From Takakia lepidozioides (lineage: Eukaryota; Plantae; Bryophyta): a DNA stretch of 64,000 nucleotides. The notes under the pieces were generated by a model that was not told the DNA's origin, did not search any database, and saw only the letters and a program-made list of their open reading frames with translations. Position 1 is the first letter of the stretch. Each line of letters opens with the position of its first letter. Positions 25,931 to 38,300 of the stretch are shown piece by piece. A program made the translations under genes and the position numbers. The stretch lies in the NCBI GenBank assembly GCA_030704615.1, contig CM060731.1:47864001-47928000 (forward strand), given 5' to 3'.

Positions 25931-28900
25931 TTACTCACAGGCAAAGTCGGAGTCCAGCTCCTTGTCAGAAGTCTCCTCTGTACCAGTATCAGCGGGACGG
26001 GGCTTCGGAAGGACCTGAGAAGTGTGTCCACCCAAACCCATCAGGAGGTTCTTGTAAATCTCAGCATCCCCTTCAATCCCAAAGACATGTCGCGCACTGG
26101 CCTTGCAAGCGTGGTACGAAGCACCTGCAGTGGAATAGAATGAAGTAAGCAGACATTGAAGACACATTCGGAACGGTGGAAAGTGCTGAAAGTGCAAGCT
26201 CAATCAAACCTCATGAAATGTGAATGTTGAAGGGACGAACCTGTGCCCATCGACAAATCCAGAACTCTGGCGTCTGTGTAGGTGCAGCACTCCACAATCG
26301 TTTGAATGAAAGCCGGGCTCCTCTCCCTCGCCCCTCTCCAAGGAACCCCATTCCCCCTTCGCAAGCACACGTTGCTGTCGACGTAGTTGTGATGCATGTC
26401 ATCCGTGGGAGGATCTGTCCTGTCATCTATGAACTTGCCCCCGTGAGTGATGGCAAACTCCGTAATGCCGGCCGGAGTCGTTGGTGGATGCACCCGGACG
26501 AGACAAACAGCTTCAAACAGACGAGTCTGCGAACATGACATCCAGAAGGAACTAAGAACCAAAATAAAATCGGGCCCCTACATATGAGTTTGAGCGACCT
26601 ACACAACACAATCCCAGAACAAAAAAGAAGAGGAAGAAGAAGGGAAACTCACCATCTCTCCCGGACGATCCCCCTTCGTAAGGTACATGCTGTTCACACA
26701 ATTCCATGTCTTCAGGACTCTCATGCCCGAGGCTTTCAAATAGCTGGCAAGGGCACGGCGACACCGAACATCGATGGACTGGATGAGAACCAAAACACCT
26801 GCATCGGAAAGGAAGAAGTTGCAAAAGGAAAAAACCCACCGCCAGTAGCGCTCATCAAATGCATTCCAACCCGGACAAGCACCCGATGGTGGGATATCCG
26901 GGACTGCCAACCCATCAGGGATGTCCAAGATGATGAGTTCCGCTGCATATGGCTTCTCCTTCCCGTTCACCCACGATTTGGTCATTTTAGCCTGCAAACA
27001 AAAATACAATGGAATTCTGACAAGTTTATAAACGATCCATGCCCACAGCAGACAAAGAGAGCAGAAGCCACAGAACCCAAAGAGAACACGCACCGTGCTG
27101 AGGAACTCGACAATCCTCTCCCACACTGGTGATGGCTCGCCCTTGTAATCAGATTTCTTCGACTCCATCATGGCAAGGAACCCGACGTTGGCAATCTCCA
27201 ACCTGGTTGGACGAATGACCCTCGTGGGATGTTCCACTGCATGGTACGGGTCCTTGGGATCAACCACACCCTTGTTTTTTCTCCCGGATCCCCTACCATG
27301 CGGTGGAGTCTGCTGGACATGCTCCACAGGGCCAATAGCTGCAACACTTCCCTGCCCTTGTGCCACCTTCCCTCTACCCCTTCCCGTCCCCACAACACCA
27401 GCAACATCTTTTCCCTTTGCCTTTCTTCCTCTACCCGGGGTATCCTGAGCGGGAGGCTCCTTCTCTGCAAGAGTCCTCAGATTACGCTCATGAATGTCGA
27501 GGTCCGCTGCTGCGGCAGTGGCTGCAATACGGTCATTCTCTCTCCTCAAAGACAACTCTACAGCTGGGGTCTCTGAAGGAGGGCAATCCAAATACCAACC
27601 ACAAGAAGAAAGATGGTCCGGACCCCAGTCATGCAAGATCCCAGCAGTGAACATGGTCTGGTTGCCAGCAGGGACAAGCCAAAGGTCCACGAAATCTGGA
27701 TGTTTGTCCAAGCAATTCTCTTCCAGGAGAACAAACTTAATGTACCTGCACGAACAGACACAGCCTCATTATCCAATGCACATATTGTGTCCCAGCTTTT
27801 TCAACACACCAGGAAGACCCCCTTAAACAGTATGCCACACAACACATTGCAACCACAACACAAGCAAAGAGTGCAAGGGTGTGCACCTGTAAAGGCATCG
27901 TTTCCAGGCTTCCTCTCCTTTTTCCTGCTGGTCAAGCTCATTTGTTCGACTGATGCCACCCTCCTTGCTGAACTCTCTAAAGAAACCAGAGTGCCACACT
28001 GTGGCTCTCCATTTCCTCATGTATGCTTCGAAGGAGACCTTCGGAGCTGTCATAGTGATGCCATAGTCAGCCAGCTGAGTATGCAGAACCGATCGGGCCC
28101 TTTCTTCCAACTGCAAAAAAATTGAAATGGAAGAATGAACCCAAAAACAGTCACAGCGAATGTAAGAGGCAATGGGAAGAGAAGGACAGGAAAAGAGAAA
28201 AGAAAGTGAGATACGAGAGGACATCACACCTGGCTCCAGTAAGTGGCCTTGTGAAGCCAGTTGTCCAGCACATTGTCACTGACAGGAACGACACGCTGGG
28301 TCTTCTTCTCCTTCTCTGGCCTTGGGAACATGTGGGTATCCCTAACTGTGGGATCGGAGTTCCATATCTGCAGCCACTTCACCTTCTGTTCAGAAGACAC
28401 GACGGCGGTAGACAACCTGTGCAACTTCTCCTGGGCCATCTCCGGCTTGCCTGGCTTGTTATAATGGTTTTTTATCTCCAGCAGAAACTGCGGCCCGAAT
28501 GATGGGTCGGCCATTCTCAACTGCTTCACAAAAGCACTCATTATTGTCCTTCTTGTAGCGTTCATCTCCTTCTGGATGTGACTTTCAACTCCCTTTGCTG
28601 TCCTTCTCTCCTCAGGGGTAGAGCTGTAGTATTCCAGTTTGCCACGCTCCCCTGCATCTGCAATGTCTTGCTGCAAGGGAATGCAAGAGAGTTGCATCAA
28701 TCCAAGGTCAAGGGAGACAGAGAGAAACAAACATGTGGAAGCAGGAATATGGAAAGGCCAGATGAAGGAAGATGTATCTCACCGTGTACATGTACTCCAT
28801 GAAAGCCTCACGGGTCAACGAGTACCATGTTTCCGAAGTCTTGGAGCTTTCGCATTTCTTATACATCTCTGCCGAAAGGATGGTCTTGAAGTTGGTCAAG

Positions 28901-29660
28901 GGCATCTGCCCGATCCTTTGTATCCTATACAGTGTGTGAACCAGACTCGTTTTGACATGCGATGTCTCCGTCCCTCTGCAGAATGATATCTGAATTTCAG
29001 AATGTAATTCAAGGACTTCAATCAAGGAAGAACGGAACCAGAAGTGCAACGTGTACAATGAGAAACCAACCTGTTCACATCATTCATTGCCGTCAGAAGA
29101 CCCATCATGTTGTCGTCACAATCAAGCACCATCGATCGAACAGAGTAATGCCACTCTTCCTCCTGTGAGTGCAGCCTCCCAATGACAGCCATCCATGCAA
29201 GCAACCGGTGGTTGCCATCCCAAACGTGAAACATCTTCCCCGAGAATACCTGGGTGGAAGGTTTTCTGGAGAGAAGAAGTTCGAAGGATTCGTTCACCTG
29301 TCTCCAAATGGGGTCCCAGGAGTCGACGATTGACTCATCAACAAGGAGCTCGTTACCTCTTGAATCCCTAGTAGAAACGTAAAAGACCGCGGATCCATCC
29401 AAATACCCATGAACAAACTCGGCCTCCAGCTTGAGAATGTCTTTGACAAGGGGTGGACGAACGACGGGCATGGAAACCAACCTACACAGGGGAATCTTCA
29501 ACCTCCCACCAGGAGCAAGCATACTTTGAACCACAAGCTGAGAGTTCACCTTTTGACCCCCCAGCATCTCAGCGGCTTTGCTTTCATAAAACTCATCGTC
29601 AACATCATCTTTGGTCTCCTTCCCCTGACCCTGAGGGACCTCATCCGCCACACTTTGCAT
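25931..29660 (-). CDS. ParB/Srx-like domain + DNA N4-cytosine/N6-adenine methyltransferase-like (beta-class) fusion protein, 8 exons, 972 aa
   Basis: Exons 29660-29071, 28975-28783, 28670-28230, 28110-27887, 27745-27094, 26991-26653, 26526-26241 and 26124-25931. All are GT-AG with matching phases; total 2919 nt, no internal stop. Motifs: VWDGNHRLLAW (ParB-like), LIILDIPDG (motif IV position), LSDAGVL, ERSPAFIQTIVECCT..DARVLDLSMGTG-ASYHAC...RHVFGIEGD (SAM-binding region). Confidence 0.8.
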
Positions 29661-29900
29661 TTTCCCCTGCAAGGTTGTTCACTCAAATTCTTATAAGAGA
29701 GGAATGAAACGTCGACCGATGCATGAAAAAGTGGGATAAAAAGGGAAGTGTTCTTTGAGCTGCCAGATAAGTGTTCATTGATCCTCACGGACATGCACTA
29801 TGTTCCCGATTTACACAGGGAAAGAACATTGAAAAGTTCTGCTCAAATATCTGCCCATGAGGGCCGAAAGTTGCGCCCTTCCATATTCATATGTTCTGCC

Positions 29901-32900
29901 TACACAGTGTGCGGTTCCGCAGACTGTTTGAGCTGACAGTGAAGGGTTCATTTTATACTCAAAATGTGCCCATGAAGTCCAAATTTTGCACCCAGAAACA
30001 TTGAAATGCTCAGCTCAAACAGTGTGCGTTGCCGCACACTGTCTGGGCTGGCAGTGAAGGGTTCATTTCACCCTCACACGGGTGCCCATGAAGTCCAAAT
30101 TTTGCACCCAGAAACATTGAAATGCTCAGCTCAAACAGTGTGCGTTGCCGCACACTGTCTGAGCTGGCAGTGAAGGGTTCATTTCACACTCACACAGGTG
30201 CCCCTGAAGTCCAAATTTTGCACCCAGAAACATTGAAATGCTCAGCTCAAACAGTGTGCGTTGCCGCACACTGTCTGGGCTGGCAGTGAAGGTTCTTTTC
30301 ACACTCACACAGGTGCCCCTGAAGTCCAAATTTTGCACCAGAAACATTGAAATGCTCAGCTCAAACAGTGTGCGTTGCCGCACACTGTCTGAGCTGGCAG
30401 TGAAGGGTTCATTTCACACTCACACGGGTGCCCGTGAAGTCCAAATTTTGCACCCAGAAACATTGAAATGCTCAGCTCAAACAGTGTGCGTTGCCGCACA
30501 CTGTCTGAGCTGGCAGTGAAGGGTTCTTTTCACACTCACACAGGTGCCCCTGAAGTCCAAATATTTCACCCAGAAACATTGAAATGCTCAGCTCAAACAG
30601 TGTGCGTTGCCGCACACTGTATGAGCTGGCAGTGAAGGGTTCTTTTCACACTCACACAGGTGCCCCTGAAGTCCAAATTTTGCATCCAGAAACATTGAAA
30701 TGCTCAGCTCAAACAGTGTGCGTTGCCGCACACTGTCTGAGCTGGCAGTGAAGGGTTCATTTCACACTCACACGGTGCCCCTGAAGTCCAAATTTTGCAC
30801 CCAGAAACATTGAAATGCTCAGCTCAAACAGTGTGCGTTGCCGCACACTGTCTGGGCTGGCAGTGAAGGGTTCTTTTCACACTCACACAGGTGCCCCTGA
30901 AGTCCAAATATTTGACCCAGAAACATTGAAATGCTCAGCTCAAACAGTGTGCGTTGCCGCACACTGTCTGAGCTGGCAGTGAAGGGTTCTTTTCACACTC
31001 ACACAGGTGCCCTCGAAGTCCAAATATTTCACCCAGAAACATTGAAATGCTCAGCTCAAACAGTGTGCGTTGCCGCACACTGTCTGAGCTGGCAGTGAAG
31101 GGTTCTTTTCACACTCACACAGGTGCCCCTGAAGTCCAAATATTTCACCCAGAAACATTGAAATGCTCAGCTCAAACAGTGTGCGTTGCCGCACACTGTC
31201 TGAGCTGGCAGTGAAGGGTTCTTTTCACACTCACACAGGTGCCCTGAAGTCCAAATATTTCACCCAGAAACATTGAAATGCTCAGCTCAAACAGTGTGCG
31301 TTGCCGCACACTGTCTGAGCTGGCAGTGAAGGGTTCTTTTCACACTCACACAGGTGCCCCTGAAGTCCAAATATTTCACCCAGAAACATTGAAATGCTCA
31401 GCTCAAACAGTGTGCGTTGCCGCACACTGTCTGAGCTGGCAGTGAAGGGTTCTTTTCACACTCACACAGGTGCCCCTGAAGTCCAAATATTTCACCCAGA
31501 AACATTGAAATGCTCAGCTCAAACAGTGTGCGTTGCCGCACACTGTCTGAGCTGGCAGTGAAGGGTTCTTTTCACACTCACACAGGTGCCCCTGAAGTCC
31601 AAATATTTCACCCAGAAACATTGAAATGCTCAGCTCAAACAGTGTGCGTTGCCGCACACTGTCTGAGCTGGCAGTGAAGGGTTCTTTTCACACTCACACA
31701 GGTGCCCCTGAAGTCCAAATATTTCACCCAGAAACATTGAAATGCTCAGCTCAAACAGTGTGCGTTGCCGCACACTGTCTGAGCTGGCAGTGAAGGGTTC
31801 TTTTCACACTCACACAGGTGCCCCTGAAGTCCAAATATTTCACCCAGAAACATTGAAATGCTCAGCTCAAACAGTGTGCGTTGCCGCACACTGTCTGAGC
31901 TGGCAGTGAAGGGTTCTTTTCACACTCACACAGGTGCCCCTGAAGTCCAAATTTTGCATCCAGAAACATTGAAATGCTCAGCTCAAACAGTGTGCGTTGC
32001 CGCACACTGTCTGAGCTGGCAGTGAAGGGTTCATTTCACACTAACATAACAGACCAAGACCAAATTTTGAACCCTAAAACATTGAAATCTCAGCTCAAAC
32101 ATTGTGCGTTGCCGCACGCTGTTTGAGCTGGTTTTGAAGGGTTCATTTCACACTCAGATAACAGACAGCAAAGACCAAATTTTGCACCCAGAAACATTGA
32201 AATGCTCAGCTCAAACAGTGTGCGTTGCCGCACACTGTCTGAGCTGGCAGTGAAGGGTTCATTTCACACTCACACAGGTGCCCCTGAAGTCCAAATTTTG
32301 CACCCAGAAACATTGAAATGCTCAGCTCAAACAGTGTGCGTTGCCGCACACTGTCTAGGCTGGCAGTGAAGGGTTCTTTTCACACTCACACAGGTGCCCC
32401 TGAAGTCCAAATTTTGCATCCAGAAACATTGAAATGCTCAGCTCAAACAGTGTGCGTTGCCGCACACTGTATGAGCTGGCAGTGAAGGGTTCATTTCACA
32501 CTCACACGGTGCCCGTGAAGTCCAAATTTTGCACCCAGAAACATTGAAATGCTCAGCTCAAACAGTGTGCGTTGCCGCACACTGTCTGAGCTGGCAGTGA
32601 AGGGTTCTTTTCACACTCACACAGGTGCCCCTGAAGTCCAAATATTTCACCCAGAAACATTGAAATGCTCAGCTCAAACAGTGTGCGTTGCCGCACACTG
32701 TATGAGCTGGCAGTGAAGGGTTCTTTTCACACTCACACAGGTGCCCCTGAAGTCCAAATTTTGCATCCAGAAACATTGAAATGCTCAGCTCAAACAGTGT
32801 GCGTTGCCGCACACTGTCTGAGCTGGCAGTGAAGGGTTCATTTCACACTCACACGGTGCCCGTGAAGTCCAAATTTTACACCCAGAAACATTGAAATGCT

Positions 32901-34037
32901 CAGCTCAAACAGTGTGCGTTGCCGCACACTGTCTGGGCTGGCAGTGAAGGGTTCTTTTCACACTCACACAGGTGCCCCTGAAGTCCAAATATTTCACCCA
33001 GAAACATTGAAATGCTCAGCTCAAACAGTGTGCGTTGCCGCACACTGTCTGAGCTGGCAGTGAAGGGTTCTTTTCACACTCACACAGGTGCCCCTGAAGT
33101 CCAAATATTTCACCCAGAAACATTGAAATGCTCAGCTCAAACAGTGTGCGTTGCCGCACACTGTCTGAGCTGGCAGTGAAGGGTTCTTTTCACACTCACA
33201 CAGGTGCCCCTGAAGTCCAAATATTTCACCCAGAAACATTGAAATGCTCAGCTCAAACAGTGTGCGTTGCCGCACACTGTCTGAGCTGGCAGTGAAGGGT
33301 TCTTTTCACACTCACACAGGTGCCCCTGAAGTCCAAATATTTCACCCAGAAACATTGAAATGCTCAGCTCAAACAGTGTGCGTTGCCGCACACTGTATGA
33401 GCTGGCAGTGAAGGGTTCTTTTCACACTCACACAGGTGCCCCTGAAGTCCAAATTTTGCATCCAGAAACATTGAAATGCTCAGCTCAAACAGTGTGCGTT
33501 GCCGCACACTGTCTGAGCTGGCAGTGAAGGGTTCATTTCACACTAACATAACAGACATCAAGACCAAATTTTGAACCCTAAAACATTGAAAAGGTCTGCT
33601 CAAACATTGTGCGTTGCCGCACGCTGTTTGAGCTGGTTTTGAAGGGTTCATTTCAACCTCAGATAACAGACAGCAAAGACCAAATTTTGCACCCAGAAAC
33701 ACCGAAATGCCCAGCTCAAACAGTGTGCGTTGCCGCACACTGTCTGAGCTGGCAGTGAAGGGTTCATTTCACACTCACACAGGTGCCCCTGAAGTCCAAA
33801 TTTTGCACCCATAAACATTGAAATGCTCAGCTCAAACAGTGTGCGTTGCCGCACACTGTCTGGGCTGGCAGTGAAGGGTTCTTTTCACACTCACACAGGT
33901 GCCCCTGAAGTCCAAATTTTGCACCCAGAAACATTGAAATGCTCAGCTCAAACAGTGTGCGTTGCCGCACACTGTCTGGGCTGGCAGTGAAGGGTTCGTT
34001 TCACCCTCACATAACAGACATCAAGACCAAATTTTGC
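29901..34037. repeat. Homogeneous 116-bp tandem satellite (~36 copies), each with a 40-bp palindrome
   Basis: Period 116 (e.g. tggc at 31321 and 31437). Each unit contains cagctcaaacagtgtgcg-ttgc-cgcacactgtctgagctg. Variant monomers at ~32041 and ~33543. Confidence 0.97.
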
Positions 34038-34067
34038 AAGACCAATGGTTCTTTCTTTCACAAATAC

Positions 34068-34429
34068 CTGCCATTCAAAGCCGAATTCTTCACAAATATG
34101 GGTCGTGTGGATTTTACCTTTTTCGTAGCTACTCGAGAAGACTCCCCAGTTGCCGGGGACGCTTTCCGCTTGGGGCTGCTCTCTTCGCCGACTATGTAGG
34201 TGAGCCTCTCCCCCTTCCTCTTTCCCGTGGTCAGATCGTTCGTGAGGCCAGTGTCAACATCTTCCTCCATGTCGTCTGTCTCTCCCTCAGACGCAGTGTC
34301 CTCCTCGCCTGTTCCTGGAACTATGGTGGGTTGTTGTTCTTCTCCAGATTCCTGCTCCTCCATCGCCACACTTTCCTGTATTCCCTCTTCTTCCTCCTTT
34401 TCCTCTTCCTCCACTCTTTCCATCCTCAT
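34068..34429 (-). CDS. Possible acidic, NLS-bearing exon/ORF within the MULE
   Basis: MRMERVEEEEKEEEEG...KRKGE...PKRKASP...KKVKS, ending at a good donor GGCAG|GTATTT at 34068. No homolog recognised. Confidence 0.35.
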
Positions 34430-35371
34430 TCTATATCTAGCTCTATTCCTGTTTCTAGAACTCGTGAAGTATAATGACTTCCTTCTCTTTCTCCTCCGCT
34501 GGAAACAAGGGCTCCCCACGATGCCCCTGGAGCTCTCCAGTTTGACGTTTGCAACAAGTTCTGGTATCGCATGTAACAAAAATAAAAATGGACGTTGTCA
34601 ACCGTATTTGGATGCGGGTGTTGATATTGTGTGCGAACGGAATTCATCCATTTTGTCGTCTTTGTATTACCCAGCTAATAAAGCGCCGAAGAAAAAGAAT
34701 ATCCGTTGCATGCATTTGCGATATATGTCAGATGTGCTTCGCCGCCTGCCAATACATGGCGGCCTCCTTGCCTTCTTTCAAATTCGAATGCGCCGTAGAA
34801 ATGTAGTGCTTTTTCAATTCCGAGCAGTTCTTCCAGATTCGCAATAATTGTTATGCTTCACATATGCATCCACGTGTGTTGTGCTGCATGCCCTGTGGTT
34901 TTTTTTATGCCGTGACCGTCCCCATGGGGTCATTCGGTATAAAGGATTGTGTCGGATATGACCATGTGTTGCACACATTCGTGCGAGGTATCTCTTGAAG
35001 TGTCGGTGTTTGTTCTGTGCTATTCTGGCGCAACACAATCTCATTACAATCGGATCTTCCTGTTTACTGCTCTCCAGGGTTGTTGCCGTCATTTCATAAT
35101 GGATGGTTTCATGTCAATTTCAGGGTTTGTTTTCCATCCAAAAACAGTACGGCTTCTTGTGGCTCTGGTCTTTCAAAACCGTTTTTCTGGTTGGTGGGAG
35201 GTGAATGTGCACGTCATCCCTACATCCTTGGCATGCATCGCCGGCAGCCTTGGGTTTGGTGCTACCCTTGTTGACCTCAGTTTGCTGGTGGTATTTCCAC
35301 TTTCGATAATTACGGGCTCTCAGTTCGGGGATTCCGTTCTGCATCGGCAGTTTCGTTCAGTGCTGGAAAAC

Positions 35372-38300
35372 ATGTCGAGGGAGCGAGATGCACTCGCTCG
35401 ATTCCATTCCAATGCAGGTACTCTTCCACTGACTGCCACTGCAGACGACGATGGGTATGCAGTTGTTCATGAGGATGAGCTGGTTACAGTGTTCCCGCTG
35501 GAGTTGGGTTCTCTGCTTGTTCAGAAAGAGGTGTATGACGAGGATGGGAATTTGGATTCTGGGCACTTGGAGAAACCCTTGGTTGGCGAGTGTGGAAGGA
35601 AGTGGAGAGTCCTTCCAGGAACATACCGTGTCCTTGGAAAAGAGAGAAGACAATCAGCAGGATCAGTCGTTACCCCTGGCACTGCAGCATCGGTCGTGCA
35701 ACAGAAGGGCACAGTTCCTGTGAAACAAGAGGTGAGCACATCCACTACCTTCGTTACTCTTTCGGACTCGTCCTCGGAGGATGTTTCTGAGATTCCTCCG
35801 CCAGTGCAAACTCCCTTATTGGATGATGACGAATTGCGCGAGATAACAAGTGTCATTCCAAAATTGAAAGCCCTCGCAGGTGTGCCTGGGTGCAAGAGCG
35901 AGCTACGTTTTGTTGATTGGGAGTCCCTTCCAGTGCAACGTGTTCAATACGTGCCAGCTCAGTTTGATGGGGACATCTTGTTTGAGCTCAACCCTCCCAC
36001 GTCTTCCAGTGGACTGGCTGGGCTTCTGCAGGGCATGGACAAGAAACATGACGGACATCCTTGGTGCAGGACAAAAACTTCGAACATCCATAACGACATT
36101 GGCTTGAAATTTCGGAGGTCGGTTTGCGTTGGGCATTGCAAGTGCCTGAATATTTCTTGCCCTCGGCTGAGAAACAGCGCTCAGCCAAACGAAAGTGAGT
36201 GGGAAGGTGTGCCCCTGAATCCTTTCACCCCAGGGCTTGCACCTCCCAATACCAATACTTTTGTGTGCAGGTTCTGCAAACTTTCCCCGTCCTGTGTTTC
36301 TGTTTGCCACGCTCGTATGTATCAGGTGGCACATCGATGCAAGACAATGACTCGTGCCTGCATTCATATGGGTGCACACGAGCATCCTGTGTCCAAAGGG
36401 AGTTGCAGGGATAGCGTGGACATCGCTAGAAATCTACTGAAGCAAGAGTTCCATAATGCCCCTTCTGCAACATCTTCTGCTATAGCGCTTGCAGCTAGCA
36501 AGGCATTCCTGGAAAAACACATACTGGGTGAAGGGGATTCGACACAGCCAATGCTGGATGCAGATTCCCTTGAGGCAGTCATGGACCATTTCTCCGTGTT
36601 GAGCTCTCCCAATATTCGAAACCAGGTGAATGCACTCAGAATGGGCACAGGCACTGCTGGATTCATGGACAACATTATGGACCTCAAACGGAGGAGTCGC
36701 TATGAATTCATTCAAAACAGTATGTTCCCTGGCCAGGGCTCGTCCAAAGTGTATTTGTTCAAGATGTCCGCTGTGGGCCAAGGCAGTGGTGTGAGCATTG
36801 TCCGCCGAATGCAACCTGGAGGAGATTTGGCTAAATGTTGGTTAATGTTTGATCACTGCAAACGGGTGAAGGGTTGGACAACCATGGCGTGCCATGTGTA
36901 TGATCCAGCGTACCAGCGTGTGCTCTCCATAGCAATTTGTGATATGCAGTCGGAGGACACTGAATCCCAGATGCTCATGTGGAAGTCCCTCCTGACCGTC
37001 ATGCAGCGCAATGGAATACAGAACACAAACTTTGCGGGCTTCATGGCTGATAGTGCACAGGCAAATTTCAATGCAGTGCGGCGCGTGTTTGGTTCTGGGG
37101 ATCCTAAGGTCCCCATGGAAAATAGGGAGCGCACATGCCTCTTCCATTGGAGTCAATCTCTGGCACGTCATACAAAGCGCTGCATTCGCCCTGACCTTCA
37201 GTTGGAGCATAGAAGGCTCTGTCTGAAGTACAAGAATGCCACCTCAATGGGAGAAGCAGAGAGCACTTACCAGGCAATCCGGGCTTGGTGGTTCTCCGCT
37301 GGTGCTGCTACAGGTATCCACCTGAAGGAGTTGGAGGACTGGTTGGTTTTCTGGCACTTCAGGTACAGACAGTGGGGAGCTTTCATGACGACGGTAAGCC
37401 TCACAAGTTTTCCTTAAACACAAATTGCACTTTGCATCGTGCCTGTTCATTTGGGGTTGTTCGATTGTCACTTGAATAACCTCTACCATTTCTTTTCCTT
37501 CCTCACATTTCCATGCAATGCCTCCTGCAGGACATGTCCTTGGAGGACTTGGCCGACATGCCATCGTGTAATTTGGCAGAGACTGTTCACAACGCCTGGA
37601 TGCAACAGTCTACCAAAGCAGGTCGTGACTTGTATGTGGCCACTGCTGATGACATGGTGCGGGCACTTACACAACAAACCAGGTACCGCAATTTTCTGAT
37701 GGGACGGGGTGGAGGGAAGGGCCCCGATTCGACTTTGTTGATGCTAAGGGCTGCGAGTAGGTCCGGAGACCCGTCAAAGATGGCCAGAGCTCTAAACAGG
37801 TGCACTGAAGGTTCCCCTCTGCAATCCAGGCTCCCCCATTTGGAAGGCGAGGAAAGATTTGGATCATGCAAAAGGAAATTAAACACTCTTCCAGGGTCAG
37901 ATGGAGATTCCCATAGGCCAGACAGGGTCAATTTCTCTGTGCCAAAGGTGTCTCCAGTGCAGACTAAGTCCTGTGCCGGCCCCTTCCCAGGTGGGTCCTC
38001 CTCCTGTGGAGCAGGTGCGGAACATGCAAGCATAGCAGCGGAAATCCCATTGGAGGAGGTGGTGGCCATGGTGCAGGAATCTGATTGCATTGATAGTGAC
38101 TGGCATATAGAACGCACCCCACCAGGATCTAGAGTGGCTTGCATGGCAATTCGGACCCCCTCTTTCAAGAAATGCAAATCAAAAATATGCAAAGGCTCCA
38201 GGGGGACTCCAGCTCCAACATTCACAGGGTTGTTCTGACCTTATCATAGTGGGGAGTCAAAAGAGCACAAGTTTTGGTTCTGCCCAGACGATATGGCACG

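Noticed and set aside
26992-27093. Apparent transmembrane segment in the 370-aa ORF
   Set aside because: It is a 102-nt in-frame GT-AG intron.
30126-33854. Short ORFs within the satellite
   Set aside because: By-products of the repeat unit.
29901-34037. CRISPR-like array (palindromic repeats at regular spacing)
   Set aside because: The sequence between palindromes is also repeated, so there are no unique spacers. No cas genes; eukaryotic context.
34949-35371. N-terminal 141 codons of the 822-aa ORF
   Set aside because: Non-ATG start and intron/UTR-like T-rich composition; the ATG at 35372 is preferred.
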